From positions 32,800,001-32,864,000 of the forward strand of contig CM119372.1 of assembly GCA_051294905.1 (NCBI GenBank): 64,000 nt of DNA. The letters run 5' to 3'. Numbering within the stretch: position 1 is the stretch's first letter; the number at the start of each line of letters is the position of its first letter. Positions 12,954 through 50,098 of this stretch are shown in pieces. Position numbers and translations under genes: made by a program. The DNA comes from Botryllus schlosseri. Its lineage: Eukaryota. The notes under the pieces were generated by a model that did no database searches, was not told where the DNA came from, and saw nothing but the letters and a program-made list of their open reading frames with translations.

Positions 12954-13112
12954 GGCAAGATAGCGTAACGATGAAGCGTCCGGCTTCTCTTGATCGGTAG
13001 GTTGTGGGTTCGATTCCCGGCCGGGTCAGATCAAAGACCTGATTAGTAACACTGGTATCCATGACTTCCCCGGTTGGCGCTCATGCATTACTGGGATAGC
13101 ATGGACGGGTGG
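12954..13112 (+). mobile_element. tRNA-derived SINE family 2 (possible Meta-domain SINE)
   Basis: A box TAGCGTAACG and B box GGTTCGATTCC, then CCGGGTCAGATCAAAGAC. Homologous to the copy at 18321. Confidence 0.75.
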
Positions 13113-14337
13113 TAGGGCCGTAACAGCACTTCACCAGGTCCCCCTAAAACTTTGGTCTTGGGCTCCCCATAGGGTAATAGACCGAACTTATGGGGGGCTT
13201 CGCCCCCCAGACCCCCCTCCGCCAATACACTGTTTACCGCTGTTCATTGTATACACTGGGAGTTTCTTTAGCGTATCAGCTTTTGTCGCCTAAGCGCGCC
13301 AAGCGCGGAAAAAATCTATAATTCATGATTTCATCGGTCAGTATGATCGGGAATTGCATATTTGTTATTAATTTTTATCTGCTCTCTGCTCACATAATCA
13401 GATTTGCCGGTAGAGCTGAGTGAGGTGTGTTTGAAAAAGTAGGACCACTCAATATTAATTAAACATCTTCGGGCGTATACCCGTTGGCAGTAACGAAACA
13501 GCACCTCATCAGGGCCCCATCAATTATCTGTACTGTATTGTGAGCCAGCGCGAAGCGCGAAAATTTTCGATAATTTATGATAAAATCGGTCAATCAGATC
13601 GGCGATTGCATATATATTATGCTATCAATTTATTGTCCTCTCTACTCACGTAATTAGATTTACCGGTAGAGCTGAGTGAAGTGTCTTGAAAATGGGAGAG
13701 CCCGTAAATAATGATTAAACGTCTTCGGGCGGGCGGACCCGTTGATATGACTTCGTTAAATGATGTTATTTCGTGACTTCCAGTCTGCTATATCAAAAAA
13801 TATAGAATCGCCCAAACGTTGGCTTCTAAACTAAGAGACGCACACGATTTCAAATTGGTATTTCTTCACTGGCATAAAATTTTTCCCAGCGGGATGGTAT
13901 TTGTCTTGTGAGGTTCAGATTGCAAAGACAGGAACATTCGGCGCCAGTCATTTAGGCGCCTATGGACAATGAAACCTATATGTATTTTGTATAGCCTATA
14001 TAACGAAGTCTTCGGTCTGCATAAGGGCATAGACCTTTTCGGCCAAGCTTTTATCGCTGCCGATCGTTCTGGCACACTTCTTGGAGTCGCATGTTATATG
14101 GCCTAAAACTTGATTGTATGTCTTGGTGGGTCGTGGCGCGGTAATAGCCCAATACCCAATAATATAGAAAAATGGCAAATTGAATTCGCGCGCAACGCGA
14201 AAAAATTTTGAAAAAATTGCATAAATTTTCCAAAAATAGTTTATGATTTATGCTAATTCACGAAATAATTTTGGGCCCCCTTCGAGCTCGCCCCCCCCCC
14301 CGATTGGGGGGTTTGGGGTGCGGCAGTTACGGTGCTG
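13113..14337. mobile_element. MITE with (C/T)AGGGCCGTAAC-type TIRs and an internal ~255-bp tandem duplication
   Basis: Ends TAGGGCCGTAACAGC / GCAGTTACGGTGCTG. The right part is homologous (inverted) to 48301-48802. ~13295-13490 is repeated at ~13548-13745. Confidence 0.7.
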
Positions 14338-14790
14338 GGTGGTGCATGACTTCGAAAGCCGTAGAAGGCTATATCTGTACCTTCCTTGTCCTGCGGCATA
14401 CGGACATCATCCACTCATGGTATGCATATGCAGTTACGCACAGATCGTGTACATGTATATCATGAGTGGGTGTATATGCTGCAAATAAAAACATCAATAA
14501 CAGAAATAATTTGTGTCTTTTTCCTTTTTCGCGTTTACTTGCCGTTGAGTTACTTTTTTATCGTCATATGCAGAATAAACCATCTTCAAGTGCATTTTTT
14601 GGTCAGGACAGTTAAATATATCACACTGGTCGTTCTAACATTTTCGCCCCCATCTCCCCCTGTCGCCCCCTTGTTTCTTAAAATCGTCCACTGGGGGGGG
14701 GGTATCGCCCAAGTTGGGAACCACTGCGTTACATGGAAACAACCAAGAACATATGGCATTGTAATTTCACAGTAACAGCGTAGTGTCATC

Positions 14791-40704
<25,914 letters not shown>

Positions 40705-40781
40705 CAAGTTTACGTACCATGGAGTATTATTTTTGTCAATGCAACGCATCAGACGATCATTTTTACCATGAATTTCGAATC

Positions 40782-40787
40782 AATAAA
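40782..40787 (+). terminator. Putative polyadenylation signal of aminopeptidase copy A
   Basis: AATAAA 78 nt after the TGA stop (40702-40704). Confidence 0.5.
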
Positions 40788-43389
40788 GCACGAGGGTTAC
40801 AACTTATAGCGATACTATGCAGACTATCGGCGGATATAAATGTTCCTGAATACATATCGCATAATTGAATTTCTTTCGCGAATAGGATATTGTCTAATTT
40901 TCTCACAATGCGTTTTACAATTTCCGATTCATCGTATTCAAACTAAAATAATTATAGTTGGTGATGTACAATACAGTATTGAATATTGCGAAATATTGGT
41001 GTGTGAAATGATTGTTAATGGTATTAGAAGTCTGCCTTACCGAGGTCAGAAGAACATGGCAACGGCTTGGCGTTCATCGGCAACTCAGATATACCTTTTA
41101 ATTCTGGTCCAATAATTACACACGACGTGATAATATCGATGATGGTCCGGTGCATTTATTTTGTCTATTCTCGATTTAAAGGGATGGATTATTCCTTTTC
41201 CGAACTCTATAGATAAATGACTGCGGCTCCGTTTGAAGAGGAAAGTGCTACTAATGACTTTTGAAAGCAGATATGTAATAAATTAAAACATGCTTTTGAT
41301 AAATGTTTGTAAAATATTTCGATATATTCAACTTATAATATTGCCAAGTTTCCATCCAGTACCCGTGCATGTGCATAGCTTCAGGGTGTCGTAGAATACA
41401 TGGCGGGTATATGTGTACAAAAAGACATGAAAATCCAAGTAAGCCGAATGAACTATACATAACATATAGTAAATGTGAAGCAGAACGGAATCGGTACATT
41501 GAGGACGTATTAGGGCACTTGCGGAACGTACAGGGATGTCAAATTTTAAAATGATTTAATAACAATAGAGTACATAATAGGCTGGCACACACGATATGTC
41601 GAGGCGAAAAATAATGTACTTAAAATATGGCAACGAATTCATGCCGCCCGGTAACATGTCACCGAGCTCGTAAGTCTGAATAAAATCAATATTTGAAAAG
41701 GCAATTCTTACCCGAAGCAAACAACAATGATTATTCATAAAGTTTGCGAACAGTAACCCGTGGTCTCTAATCACGGGCACTGGATCAAAAACATTACAAA
41801 GGAATTTTTCGTAATTACTGGCAAACAGTTCGCTTGTAGCTAAGGCAATCATCGGAAACATACAGTGACGCTTGTGTTCAGTCCAATGTATGCAATGACT
41901 TTATGTAAAAGCTATATGTTTTACCTTAGCTGTTGAACTCAAGGCCGCGCAGCGGGCGGAGTTGAACGAAATATTAGCTGGTAAACAAGTGTGAGATTGA
42001 CTTTGAGTGCAGCAACTGTCAAGTTTCGGACGTAAACATCTATAGAAGTTGCAAAATGTTATCATCTTCACTGAATGCGATATCTCTGACCTTGTCAACA
42101 TTTCTTATCCCCCGATCCCCACCGGTGTCTTTCTGGGCAGTAGGAATATCGATATTATTCATCACGCCTAACGTGGTTCTTCAGTGCAGTTTAATTGATT
42201 TATCAGAAAATAGACGTTTACTTCTTGGTGAAAATGCGGAAAAGTTATTCTCATAAACTACGATGTAGACTATGCCTGATGGATTGAAAGTAGCCTGTGA
42301 TATAGTTTCCTACTTAAGCCTATGCCTGCAGATTCAATGTAAATATATATGAAGATTTTTCAACCTACCGTTGCTAGTTAAAAATCCCAGCATAAATACA
42401 TGTCACATTGTTATATCGGCTTTGGACTTTGTCGGAAGAATATTTTGAATCGGCTTACATCGCAGACATCGTTCGAGCTCCAGTTAACGCAGGTGGAAAT
42501 AGTTATCCTTAAGTAACGTTCCTCTTATTCAACCGCTGCTCAGTCATTGATTTCCGTTTCAGATATGCAATAGGGGGTATCGAATGCCACATTGCCACAT
42601 AATTGGAATCGATAGCTGGATCCGCTACCAAAACTAAGTAAACATGTTTTTGTGTAATGTAACTTGTCCTCTGCTCTACTGATGTAGATAATACAGATTA
42701 AATCAATCAAGCGTGAAATTTTAAAATAAGTATAAGCTGGTGCTGCGCTGATCGTAAATTTGTTTATTGAACCTAATAACCCTGCTCCACCAAACGGGAA
42801 ATATATCCTATGTAGGAATAATGTATCCCATGTAGAGATTATAGCCTTTGCTAATAACTGTTGCTGCGACGATAATGAATAGGAATTTCCGCGAGCATAA
42901 AGATCATTTTCTTGAAGGATCATTGCAAATATGAACTTCACTACACAAGGAGAAGCAATAAGCATGACCTCGTTCGAACAACCGAATACAGCAGCTGATA
43001 AGGTAATACCAGTCGTCTCATCATCGAAACAGTGGAGAGTGTTATATAATGATGTTATCGGAAGACAGACGACGATAAAAGTCTAATCAGGAGTCGATAC
43101 TGGAACAGTAACAAAGTACATGCTCTAGATATGCAATAGTCAACGAATAGCATATATTTCATGTTGTTCGACGTATGACCAATGGCCATGGACAACAGAT
43201 GGTACAGATGGTCAGTAATGAAGTACTTCTGCTTTCTCGGAGTACTCAAGTGCGATTTGTCTACTTTTACTCCTTATTCAAGCGCAAAATAAAAGATAAT
43301 GTTTTTTAGATTTTGGATTTTGTTAAGTATAAATTAATTCGGGGATATGTTTGCTTGGGCTTTATAGGTGAAATTGTGATATCATCTGC

Positions 43390-44322
43390 CAGTGTTGGGA
43401 TTAATCGAATCATGACTTGACTCGAGTCAGACTTGAGTCACCTTTTTCGTATGACTTGACTTGACTTGACTCGGCGTATCAGAAATGTGGATTGAGTCGT
43501 GACTCGGAGCAAAATTCCTGATTCAATTTCAAGTCATCAAGTAATCGGTGTCGATAAAAGTAACTGTATCTTGCATACGTTCGGATTGTTCGCGAATCGC
43601 AGGTGTAGCCCATGAGAGCGACCAATCATTCAATGATCGTGCGTTTTACTAAGCCTCCATTGTTCTATCACAAACGAAGTGATCGAAACTTACAGCTTAC
43701 GTTGTCGCAAACTAGTAATGAAGTAATATATTTGCAAAATATCTATTTCTGTTCTCTGTTCTTACCTTAACCAAATCTCTTGTTTTATTGAAATTGAAGT
43801 CGATATTTTATAATATACTCCTTAACCATTGGCGCAGACGCGAATAGTATCATATCAATATGTATGAATCATATTGCATCTTATCAACTCGTTTCTCTAT
43901 TCTCTATGCTCTATTTTGGATGGTAACTATAAAATGAGGCTATGGAATTACTTATCCAGTTCAACAGTTCTACGTATATGTGAGCAATACAGCGCCGTTT
44001 TGCGTGTATATTTAACTCTATAGTTGTTCATCGGTTCAGAATCAATGACCACTCAATTTGTATTTCAAACAGCTAGCAAAATGCAATGTCGTAATTATGC
44101 TTCATACTTCGAAAAGGCGACTTGACTTGAATTGTGACTTGACTCGTGACTTGACTTGACTTGACTTGACTCGAGTCACCTCCAAAAATCGAGTGACTTT
44201 ATATGACTCGAGTCACCTTTTAAAATCGATTGACTTAACTTGACTTGACTTGACTCGAGTCAAAATGTGCAATGACTCGAAATGACTCGTGACTCGAAGG
44301 TAGTGACTTGATCCCAACACGG
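43390..44322. mobile_element. hAT MITE with GACTT/GACTCGAGTC subterminal arrays
   Basis: TIRs CAGTGTTGGGAT / ATCCCAACACGG with a perfect TSD TCATCTGC (43382-43389, 44323-44330). A related left-end fragment starts at 46812. Confidence 0.88.
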
Positions 44323-44824
44323 TCATCTGCACTAAATAGTCCCGTGTCACGGCAACTGACTTTATGTTCGATAATTGTTCCTATATTTTAGTAGAATTAG
44401 TCATTTTGAGGTAATCGCGAAGAAGGACCCTGCAATTTCAAAACTCGTCATCTCCGATATACGGCTAGAATTATGCGACACTTAATCCAAATCTAATTTT
44501 TGAAATTACACACTCCATTAGATCTTAGTCCTGGCATTTCCTCCTTCTTCTTGCAGTAGTTTTGACATGTCCTGGAAATTGCTACTTCTACTTATAATGG
44601 AGTCGAAATCTACTACGTACTTCTGCTTCTATATCTGTACCAATGATGAATACTTTGACCACCAGTGGCTTTAACCCGCATGCTCATCAAGTGCCGCATT
44701 CTCAAATGTTCCATGCGATCGCTTCACTTTTCCGCATGTCATTTACAGAATAGGGGTTGCCACATCGGGATCGGTGAACCGCATTACAGTGTGACTGAAG
44801 TGTTTACTACTTAGCGCCGTATGT

Positions 44825-44978
44825 TATTTCTGACGTAAATCTACCCATTTTCCCGATTTCGGGACCGGCACTGCAATGGATGGATCTCACCGGTGGCTTC
44901 GTTTCAGTGTGATAGCCGCCGATGAGACTCAACCAGGACCTGCCGATTGCGAGACCAGTGCTATCACTACTGGGGCAT
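44825..44978 (-). mobile_element. Possible degenerate tRNA-derived SINE, third family
   Basis: The minus strand has a tRNA-like head (..CCCAGTAGTGATAGCACTGGTCTCGCAATC..GGTTGAGTC) followed by TTGCAGTGCCGGTCCC. Only one copy is present in the window. Confidence 0.35.
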
Positions 44979-45208
44979 AGATATTATATTTTGATTGCGT
45001 AATGATGACAGAAACAAGGTAAATAGACGTGGGTTGTGGACATTGTGATTTCGATAAGGCATTCCTATTTATCATGCTTCAGAAGCATATTTGACGTTAA
45101 GGCACGACATGACCTATTATATACAATTATGGTCAGCCTCTTATCGGCATCACGCGGTGTGATCAAGGATTGCCCGACACTGAACAAATGTTGGCATAAG
45201 TTGACGAG

Positions 45209-46115
45209 TAGGGATGGTGTGAACCTATGAAAGGCTCAGGTCCGTGCGAACGCGAACCTTATTGAAAGGTTCTGTGTGAACACGAACGTGAACCTCATGA
45301 CCTCACGTGACGTCATGTTGCTAATTCCAACCATACTTTTCAGTGAATTTATATATTAATATACACGATACTTGACGACAACTCGAGCCACATTGCTGAA
45401 GTACATACTGACTTTTTAACCATCGCCAAATGCATCAGCCGGATCAATCAAATGATCAATATCTTCCGTCGCTTTGCCAACAATTTCACAATTACACTGA
45501 TATTGAGCAGAGTGTAAAACGGGTTTCTATACTTGCTACCGATATTATCCCATTACCAAGGTATACAGAAGTAGCCAACACCCCAATCACACGGATTTGG
45601 TTTTTATTATACAATAAACAAATCAAATCAAGATGAACACCATACGCCTGGTAGATTTTTTACATTAGACAACGATGCATTCGTTATATGAGTTTCATTG
45701 ATTGGTTGAATAAGCATCATTCGCTCACTACCTATATGTAGCGTATTTCGCTCTTGATGTTGTGTGATTGCGGGTTAAGCTCACAGCATAGTCCCTAAAC
45801 ATTCACAAACGGAAAACGGGATATTTCGAGCAAACTTTTGTAACAAAGCAAGTATAATTTTTGAGATTGTCAAGGTGCATGCTCGTTTAGAGTTGATTTT
45901 TTTTTACGTTGCCAGCGCCATATATACCAGAGTGACCCGCAGTTGAAATGCAAAGAATGTCAACCAAAGATGTTGTGATGACGTGGAAAATTGTGATATA
46001 TGAAAAAGGTTCACATTGCAGAACCTACCAAGGTTCGTTTGTGAACGTGAACCGCTAAATTTCTGAGGTTCACACACATAACGCGAACGTGAACCTCATG
46101 TTCACACCATTCGTA
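45209..46115. mobile_element. hAT (Ac-like TAGGGATG) MITE with GTGAAC/GAACC subterminal repeats
   Basis: TAGGGATGGTGTGAAC / GTTCACACCATTCGTA. TSD TTGACGAG/CTGACGAC (6/8). Confidence 0.75.
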
Positions 46116-47084
46116 CTGACGACTCATTGCCTATAGTCACCCTTCAACGTCACGAATCAATACAAATAAATTTTGGTATCTCACTACTCCTAGATAATAA
46201 ATAGATAGCCTATATGCAAATAAAACAGCAATAACTCGACCCCATTGTCTCAGCGTATTTAATAGTTAAAGATACGCTAATGACGAACCACAATGCAATT
46301 CGCTAAAACATTTTGCGCAGTGATACAAACCCGCAAACATATTCATAATCAGGTGTCGAGGGGCAGCCAATTTTCATTCTGATTCTTCCGAGTACCCAAA
46401 ATACCTCATTTGGTATTGAAGGGCATGCCCGAAACAGGATTTCGGATTCGCCACATGACCGACTGCCGCCGAGGGGCACCGCTGGCGAATAGAGCAGTAG
46501 TATATTATGTGTATCAACCCCGATGGGTTGCAGGTTCCTGTACAGCCGACGTCCACTCCAGAATACTTGACCTCATGTATGTGGTAAATCCAGACTCCTC
46601 ATCGCCACCCGACACCTTGATTCATTGCGTTATAGTAAGATTCAAGAAATCGGGGAAGCAGAAGAGGGTGGATGGATCTTCAATGACCTCCTCGACTAGA
46701 AGCATAAATAGTAATAGGAATATAGTTCAATTATAAAATCGAATTTCCCTTCCCTCCCTACATATCATTGATGAAACATGAAATAAGTGTGTGCATGTGC
46801 TTGGTTTATGGCAGTGTTGGGATCAATTCATTACACCCGAGTCACGCGTTAAGCAAGGTCAATTCAGAATTTTTGAAATCAAGTCTCGTCACGAGATCAG
46901 CCGTTCAAATTTGCAAAGAGGCAAAAAGTCACAGCATCCCAACTTTTCCGAGTTGAAGTCTCTTTCAAGTCACCAAATAATCCAAGTTTTACTATGTGGC
47001 TGGCCAGATGCAGGTACACATGCAGAACTAATAAGACGACAGGAGTTGCTAGTTATTTATGTAAGTTGCTAAGAATATTTATTC

Positions 47085-47120
47085 CGCAGGAAGCTTTTCG
47101 ACTGGCTCTCTTCAGCAGTG
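47085..47120 (-). ncRNA. Minimal type I hammerhead ribozyme motif (inverted copy)
   Basis: The minus strand reads cacug-CUGAAGA-GagccaguC-GAA-AAGCUU-C-cugcg: perfect palindromic stem III, mismatched stem I. Confidence 0.62.
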
Positions 47121-47253
47121 AACGCCAGTAAATGAGGTTAACCAAGTTCGAAATATAGAAAGAATATTGTGATATGTGTACTTGTCATTATTGCGTCACA
47201 ACGACAATATTTTTTCTATATTTCGAACTTGGTTAACCTCATTTACTGGCATT

Positions 47254-47289
47254 CACTGCTGAAGAGAGCCAGTCGAAAAGCATCCAGTG
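47254..47289 (+). ncRNA. Minimal type I hammerhead ribozyme motif
   Basis: cacug-CUGAAGA-GagccaguC-GAA-AAGCAU-C-cagug: complete conserved core and a perfect 5-bp stem I. Predicted cleavage after C47284. Confidence 0.75.
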
Positions 47290-47453
47290 GAATGAATATG
47301 ACAATATGAACGTATTGTTTACTGCAATATTGAAGTTCTGTACTTCGAAAAGCCTATTTGCTGAGAATATTGCTCACATGCTGAACACTGTAGGGGTATA
47401 TTTCAATGTTAGCGAAGTTATTTGACTGAAAGTCTGCGTTAAGGCAGTGCGGG

Positions 47454-48008
47454 TAGGGTTGCATTCAAAACAAATGGTTGTTTAAAACACTTTGTTTAAA
47501 ACATGTTTCACATAGCATTTTAAGCAAGGACCCTTTTTTAAAATTGTGTTTTTATAAAGTTGTATAATTATGCCATAATTGTGTAAATACTTTTCAAAAA
47601 CATGTTATATCAGCCTACGGACGACGATTACCACTCGATATAGCCGTCGTATGCGATATGGAATGGTTGCAACCCCCGAAACAGTCGGTTCAACAGTTAT
47701 AGTACGTAGTTATCAATCATTGGTACGAAATGAATGTTCTGATGATGATGACCACCGACCAGAAAAATGCTGCAAGACAATGCAGCCCTGGTTAAAGATA
47801 TTTTAGTCCGTATATGACAGGGTTTGGAAGCCTATTTCGTCACAGGAGCTATATTTACCCCATATTTCAATTGTGAATATCAATCTACTATGACGTCACA
47901 ATTGAATATGTGTGACGTCATGGCTTAGACAAAAAAACATATTTTAAACAAGGGCCTTATTTTAAACATGTTTGTTTTAAATTGATTTTTGTTTAAAACG
48001 CAGCCCTA
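47454..48008. mobile_element. MITE, same family as 139-585, most complete copy
   Basis: TAGGGTTGCATTCAAAACA / AAAACGCAGCCCTA. Flanks AGTGCGGG/AGTACGAG (6/8). Confidence 0.8.
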
Positions 48009-48300
48009 AGTACGAGTGGTAGCCGAACTCATTATGTAGGGAAGAAAAAAATGTTCCAGTGTTTATGATAAATTTGTTAGCCGCACAGCGATGTCTTGAT
48101 ATCTCCGGCCGTCAAATTTGTCGGAATAGTCATGAAAGGACCAACCTTAGCTCTTAGTAACACAGAATTTTAATCAGCAACGATGCAACTGAATGCTGAA
48201 TGTGAGTGGCTCTGCCGTTGCATGTACTCCATTCTCCAAAATTCATGTAGACTCTTGGAGTAGACCAGAAATGAGATTCTTCCAGAACCAGCGCACAAAG

Positions 48301-48802
48301 CCGGACCGTAACTGCCGCACCCCAAACCCCCCAATCGGGGGGCCTGAGCTTGAAGGGGGCCCAAAGTTATTTCGTGAAGTAACATAAATCATTGAGTATT
48401 TTTTTGGAAATTTATGCATATTTTTCAAGAAATTTTCACGCCGCGCGCAAATTAATGTTGCCAAATATCTTGATTATTGGGTACCCTTCCCCCAACAAAA
48501 AATACGGAAGGTTTATAGAAATGGGCACTTTGGCGTCGGCCATTACCGTGCCACGACGCACCATGACATATAAAGTTATGGGCCATGTAACATGCGACTC
48601 CGAAAAGTGTGCCAGAACGATCAGCAGCGAGAACACCTCGGCCCTTGGCTGAGAAGGACTGCCCTTGTGCTGACTGAAAACTTCGATATATTTATACAGA
48701 TATGTTTAATTGTCCATAGGCGCCTAAATGGCTGGGGGTTCGGTTTATCACGCGGTGAAGGCTCAAGAGGGGGGTGACTGGCGAAGTTCTGTTACGGTTC
48801 TG
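48301..48802. mobile_element. MITE, same family as 13113-14337
   Basis: Ends CCGGACCGTAAC / GTTACGGTTCTG with a perfect 8-bp TSD GCACAAAG (48293-48300, 48803-48810). Confidence 0.85.
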
Positions 48803-49124
48803 GCACAAAGTACACACCAAACAGATCTTGCACAATTGGTGCTCGTATATTTTATACCAGTTTAAAATCCCGCATATAGCCCATGATGGCTTCGAACACG
48901 TGTGACATGTGCGCATGTGAATAAATAGATGCTGACTGTAACGATATTATAATGCCAATCAAAACCATTATCACTGCACTTGTTGCCATTCCCAACTTCT
49001 TACATCTGTGATTTAGCTGCTGATGGAGTTACAGCCATATCGGAAACGTAAATGGAAATCAAATTTAATAGATAAAGGATCAATTTCAATTGTGGCTGCG
49101 GGTTTTTGAATACTTTGCGGAGTT

Positions 49125-49407
49125 TGTTTGTTGGTAGTCTTCGTGGTGTTTGTCGACTAGGCTACTATGGTCATTTACACCAGGCTGATTTTTTAAATTT
49201 TGATTCCGGAACTGCCGACTTGTAGTACCGCCCACTTCTAGGCTTTTCTAAGACACCCCTCACGCGGATGAGATGACGCGGAGTAGCCTAGATAAATCTC
49301 CATCACCTAGGTCACAGGAATTCTGGAGTCGATCTCTGTCGGACTGGAACCCACAACCAATTGGTGTTGCAGCTGTGGATTATACCACTACGCTATCTCG
49401 CCAGTAC
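49125..49407 (-). mobile_element. tRNA-derived SINE family 1, full length
   Basis: Reverse complement of the 20664/35117 family. 14-bp TSD TACTTTG(C/T)GGAGTT (49111-49124, 49408-49421). Confidence 0.85.
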
Positions 49408-50098
49408 TACTTTGTGGAGTTCAATATGTCACAGCAGAAAATTGACTTAAACAATTTACGAGCCCGAATCAAGTCAAGTCATTCAAAATAGGCGACCAGA
49501 GTCATCTGATCACCGATTTATGAGTACCAGCACGAGATCAACTGAAAATCAACAACCAAAATAAAATTACCGATGTTTAGTAGCCAATTTCAATGAGTTG
49601 TGTCGAAATGAAGCTTGTCATGTATCGTTGCTGTGAAAAGATTAAGTGTGTACCTTGCAATATGGGCATTCGTTTTTAACATGATTCTGCATTTCATGAC
49701 TATATTTGTAGTTTGGAGTTCGATTGAGGAATTACGGTAATTTATTTTGACTCCTTTCTTTATTTTTCTTGTATCGTTATTCTTATGGTATTTTAAATCA
49801 ATAGAACTTCTTATAAATCAATTAATGAATGAGATACCGAGAGGCTCCATGTCAGAGGTTTCTAATTTATTTTTACCGCGGACCCTTCCATTTTTGGGTG
49901 GTTGCATGAACCGCCTAACCATAACATAGGTTGTCACTTTTGCTATCGCGTCTCAAGTTTATGCCTAAAAAACTATCCGATATGATTCACTTTTTCCCCA
50001 ATCGCGTCACTTAAGTGTGCATGGTATGATTGAACGTTACTGCTGTTTATCTAACTTTGTGCTTATCCTCTTGAATATAGATATAGCGTAAATCAGCC

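Larger units (their letters stand above)
12770..14726. mobile_element. hAT MITE (same family as 22290-22696, opposite orientation) expanded by nested insertions
   Basis: Ends TAGTGATTCCCAAC / GTTGGGAACCACTG. TSD CGTTAAAT/CGTTACAT (12762-12769, 14727-14734). Both ends show the TCGCCCC subterminal repeats of the 22290 element. Confidence 0.75.
47080..47357 (+). mobile_element. Non-coding Penelope pLTR-derived fold-back insertion (278 bp)
   Basis: ~90-bp inverted arms (~47080-47170 and ~47204-47293). The 3' tail ATTGAAGTTCTGTAC is shared with the 8178-8718 Penelope relic. 14-bp TSD TTGCT(A/G)AGAATATT (47066-47079, 47358-47371). Confidence 0.8.
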
